NCBI GenBank assembly: GCA_033722135.1
Contig: JAWVZO010000002.1
Coordinates: 1 to 43,982, forward strand
Direction: 5' to 3'
DNA from: Gammaproteobacteria bacterium
GTDB taxonomy: Bacteria; Pseudomonadota; Gammaproteobacteria; QNFN01
Length of the DNA stretch: 43,982 nucleotides
The stretch's first letter is position 1. Each line of letters begins with the position of its first letter. The position numbers were made by a program, and so were the translations under genes. A model generated the notes under the pieces. The model worked only from the letters and a program-made list of their open reading frames with translations. It did no database searches and was not told the origin of the DNA. Below, piece after piece: positions 40,177 to 43,982 of this stretch.

Positions 40177-42087
40177 TCAGAGGTTTTCCTGGTTGATCTC
40201 GATGCTGGCCCGGCTGCGCACCCCGTCGACGACGCCGGCCATCTCGCTGCTGGCATGCACCCGGGCGAGCGCCTCGCGCAGCCGCGTCTCGTCGACCTGC
40301 GAATCGGGCTCGCCGGCCTCCACCCCGCGCAGCAGGATCAGCGCGTAGGCGCCGGTGCCGGTCTCGACTCCGGTCGCGCTGACCGAGCCCTCCGCGGGTC
40401 GCGGCAGTCGGAACGCGGTCCGCACGACCGCCAGCGGCTGCGCGGTGGCATCGCGCCGCATCCCCTCGACCTCGACGGCCTCCAGGTCGGCCTCGGCTGC
40501 GAGCGCCTCCAGGCTGCCGCCGGAACGAAGCCGTTCGAGCAGTTCCTCGCCACGCTCGCGCGCCAACTCGCTGGCGCGCTCCTGACGGTAGCGTTCCTCG
40601 ACCGCGTCCCTGATCTCGTCGAGCTCGGGCACGCGCGCCGCCTTGCGCTCGGCGAGCCGGAGCACGAGCAGGCGCCCGTCGCCCAGCTCGAGCACCTGGC
40701 TGTTGAGCCCCTCGTCGAGCACCTCCGGAGAGAAGGCCGCGGCCAGCACCCGCGGCTCGGCGAGAGGCCAGGCCTCGCCGTCGTCCCGGGACAACCAGGG
40801 ACTCCGCTGGATATCGAGATCGAGCGTCTCGGCTGCCGCGTCGAGGGAGTCGGGATGCTCGTAAGCGAGATTGGCGAGCGTCTCCGAGCGGTCGAAGAAG
40901 ACCTGCTCGGCCTCGCGCCGACGGTAGATCTCCTCGAGGCTGTCGGCCATCTCATCGAACGTGGGTGCACCCTGGCCGCGCACGTCGGTCACCTGGATCA
41001 GGTGGTAGCCGAACGCGGATCTGATCGGCTCGCTGATCTCGTCGACCTCGAGCGCGAACGCCGCGCTCTCGAAAGCCGGATCCATCATGCCGCGGCCGAA
41101 GTAGCCGAGGTCTCCCCCCTCGGCAGCCGAGCCCGGGTCCTCCGACTCGGCGCGCGCGAGTTCGGCGAAATCGGCACCCTCGACGAGTTTCTCGCGGAGG
41201 GCTTCGGCGCGGGCCATCACCTGCTCGCGCGTCGCCTCGTCGGCGTCGGCGGGGACCTCGAGGAGGATGTGCCGGGCGCGGCGCTCCTCGTCCGCGGCGA
41301 AGCGGGATTTCTCCTCCTCGTAGAGCCGTTCCAGGGTCGCCCGATCGGGCTCGCCGATGGCCGAGGCGAGGTTCTCGATGCTCAGTTCGACGTAGTCGAG
41401 ACGGACCTGTTCGGGCTCGGCGAAGAGCGCGCTGCGCTTCTCGTAGAACGCCTGCAACTCGGCCTCCGTGGGCTCGGGAAGCGACGCCGGGTCGGCCGGC
41501 GGAATCACGAGGTAGCTCACGTCCCGCCGCTGCAACTGCAGGCGGAGCGCCTCGTCCAGCTCGGCCTCGGTGACGAAGCTGCTCGTCCCCAGACCGCCGA
41601 GCAACTGCTCGACGAGCAGCTGGCTGCGCAGCTGCTGCTCGTACTGCTCGGGTGTGAGTCCCACCTGGGCCAGGCGGGTCCGGTAGAGATCACGGTCGAA
41701 GCGTCCCGCGGTCTGGAACTCCGGGGTCGAGGTGATGCGCTGGGCGAGCTGGGTCGCACCCACCCTGAAACCGTGCTCGAGCGCGGTATCGACGAGCACG
41801 ATCTCCTCGATGAGACGATCGAGGGCCTCGCGTCGCAGGGTCTGTTCGTCGAGCAACTCGGGGCGGAAGTTGCCACCGAGCAGGGCCTGCAACTGCTGGC
41901 GGTAGGACTGGTAGGCGTTGGCGAACTCGCGCTGGCCGATCTCGCGATCGTTGACCTTGGCGACCACGACCGCGCCGCCGCCGGTCATGTACGAGTAGAC
42001 GCCGGTGAAGGCGAAGGGGATGGCGATCAGGGCGAGCAGGGTAATCCCCAGCCAGCCCTTGGCATGTTGGCGTATCGAGCTCAGCAT
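40177..42087 (-). CDS. ppiD: Periplasmic chaperone / peptidyl-prolyl isomerase PpiD
   Basis: N-terminal TM anchor ([23 protein letters not shown]), SurA-like N-domain and a parvulin domain (ARHILLEV...FGYHLIQV). Located next to hupB/lon. Confidence 0.9.
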   Translation of the reverse strand: MLSSIRQHAKGWLGITLLALIAIPFAFTGVYSYMTGGGAVVVAKVNDREIGQREFANAYQSYRQQLQALLGGNFRPELLDEQTLRREALDRLIEEIVLVDTALEHGFRVGATQLAQRITSTPEFQTAGRFDRDLYRTRLAQVGLTPEQYEQQLRSQLLVEQLLGGLGTSSFVTEAELDEALRLQLQRRDVSYLVIPPADPASLPEPTEAELQAFYEKRSALFAEPEQVRLDYVELSIENLASAIGEPDRATLERLYEEEKSRFAADEERRARHILLEVPADADEATREQVMARAEALREKLVEGADFAELARAESEDPGSAAEGGDLGYFGRGMMDPAFESAAFALEVDEISEPIRSAFGYHLIQVTDVRGQGAPTFDEMADSLEEIYRRREAEQVFFDRSETLANLAYEHPDSLDAAAETLDLDIQRSPWLSRDDGEAWPLAEPRVLAAAFSPEVLDEGLNSQVLELGDGRLLVLRLAERKAARVPELDEIRDAVEERYRQERASELARERGEELLERLRSGGSLEALAAEADLEAVEVEGMRRDATAQPLAVVRTAFRLPRPAEGSVSATGVETGTGAYALILLRGVEAGEPDSQVDETRLREALARVHASSEMAGVVDGVRSRASIEINQENL

Positions 42088-42138
42088 CTCGGCATGTCCG
42101 CGAGGGTACGGGGCACGTGGATTCGGCGGTCCGAAACG

Positions 42139-42171
42139 CAGCAGGGCGTTCCGGTCTAGAACGCCCTGCTG
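42139..42171 (-). terminator. 13-bp-stem hairpin downstream of tRNA-Asp (probable terminator of the hupB-tRNA transcript)
   Basis: CAGCAGGGCGTTC-N7-GAACGCCCTGCTG. On the minus strand it is followed by CGTTTCGG, a short U-tract. Confidence 0.5.
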
Positions 42172-42177
42172 GTGATC

Positions 42178-42254
42178 TGGCGGAGCGGACGGGACTCGAA
42201 CCCGCGACCCCCGGCGTGACAGGCCGGTATTCTAACCAACTGAACTACCGCTCC
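42178..42254 (-). tRNA. tRNA-Asp (anticodon GUC), CCA encoded
   Basis: The reverse complement GGAGCGGTAGTTCAGTTGGTTAGAATACCGGCCTGTCACGCCGGGGGTCGCGGGTTCGAGTCCCGTCCGCTCCGCCA folds as a cloverleaf and is almost identical to E. coli tRNA-Asp. Confidence 0.97.
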
Positions 42255-42263
42255 GAATTCTGC

Positions 42264-42339
42264 TGGTGGGTGCTGAGGGATTTGAACCCCCGACATTCGC
42301 CTTGTAAGGGCGACGCTCTCCCAACTGAGCTAAGCACCC
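42264..42339 (-). tRNA. tRNA-Val (anticodon UAC), CCA encoded
   Basis: The reverse complement GGGTGCTTAGCTCAGTTGGGAGAGCGTCGCCCTTACAAGGCGAATGTCGGGGGTTCAAATCCCTCAGCACCCACCA has a 7-bp acceptor stem, anticodon loop CTTACAA and T-loop TTCAAAT. Confidence 0.97.
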
Positions 42340-42351
42340 ACGAAAAGCGCG

Positions 42352-42624
42352 TCAGTTTACGGCATCTTTCAGGGCTTTGCCAGGCTTGAACGCGGGCGCC
42401 TTCGAGGCCGGAATCTGGATCTCTTCCCCGGTCTTCGGGTTGCGTCCCTTGCGCGCGTCGCGCTGGCGGACCAAGAAGCTGCCGAAGCCGACGACGGAGA
42501 CCTGATCGCCCCTCTTCAGCGCCCCGGTGACGGCATCGACCATGGCCTCGACGGCGCGCCCGGCCTGGGCCTTGGAGAGGTCGGCCGCCTCGGCGACGGC
42601 ATCGATCAGATCTGCTTTGTTCAT
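42352..42624 (-). CDS. hupB: DNA-binding protein HU-beta
   Basis: [25 protein letters not shown]...GFGSF...[13 protein letters not shown] is a 90-aa canonical HU. Confidence 0.97.
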   Translation of the reverse strand: MNKADLIDAVAEAADLSKAQAGRAVEAMVDAVTGALKRGDQVSVVGFGSFLVRQRDARKGRNPKTGEEIQIPASKAPAFKPGKALKDAVN

Positions 42625-42702
42625 TGGGTAATCCTTTGCTGGTCTGGTGGGTTCGGCCGGCGTCTTCCGCGCATCGGCCAGGTGGGGAAAAGGGTGGCGG
42701 AA

Positions 42703-42731
42703 TTTATACCGGCGACCCGGGTAACTGTCAA
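42703..42731 (-). promoter_or_regulatory. Sigma-70-like promoter for hupB
   Basis: The minus strand reads TTGACA-N17-TATAAA, about 80 nt upstream of the hupB ATG. Confidence 0.55.
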
Positions 42732-42769
42732 CGAAGAAGACCCACGGCGCGGTCGCCGGGGTGCGCCGA

Positions 42770-43982
<1,213 letters not shown>

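Noticed and set aside
42178-42339. tRNA-Val/tRNA-Asp as an integration site for a genomic island.
   Set aside because: There is no integrase, no duplicated tRNA 3' segment and no compositional shift nearby. The flanking hupB and ppiD genes are in their conserved positions.

Overview
The window is a very GC-rich stretch of chromosome, probably from a gammaproteobacterium. It is almost entirely conserved core genome. The gene order matches Pseudomonas-type and enteric synteny blocks: rluC divergent from rne; dksA-gluQ-cbrA-cbrB; adk-hemH; and lon-hupB-tRNA(Val)-tRNA(Asp)-ppiD with convergent fabI.

I support about 38 protein genes, 2 tRNAs, several terminators and a few promoter-like sites. I saw no rRNA, CRISPR array, transposase, integrase or prophage genes. 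I could not identify a clear-cut new multi-gene system such as a defence island.

The items most worth a second look:
1. An in-frame TAG cuts the peptidoglycan-binding domain of the ExeA/GspA ATPase in two.
2. A CbrX-CbrA-CbrB-like module has acetyl-CoA synthetase in the position where Pseudomonas carries the crcZ sRNA. An unusual AT-rich island with an inverted repeat lies in between.
3. A second full-length LonA paralog sits behind a sigma-32-like promoter.
4. A PAS-PAS-GGDEF cyclase lies next to a Hanks kinase fused to a cyclic-nucleotide-binding domain.
5. A creatininase-family protein is translationally coupled to an LPG-synthase-TM (flippase-like) membrane protein, inside an envelope-themed gene neighbourhood.

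Many very long ORFs in the six-frame track are antisense or out-of-frame artefacts of the GC richness, and I rejected them. All functional calls come from my reading of the translated motifs and gene order. No database search was run.
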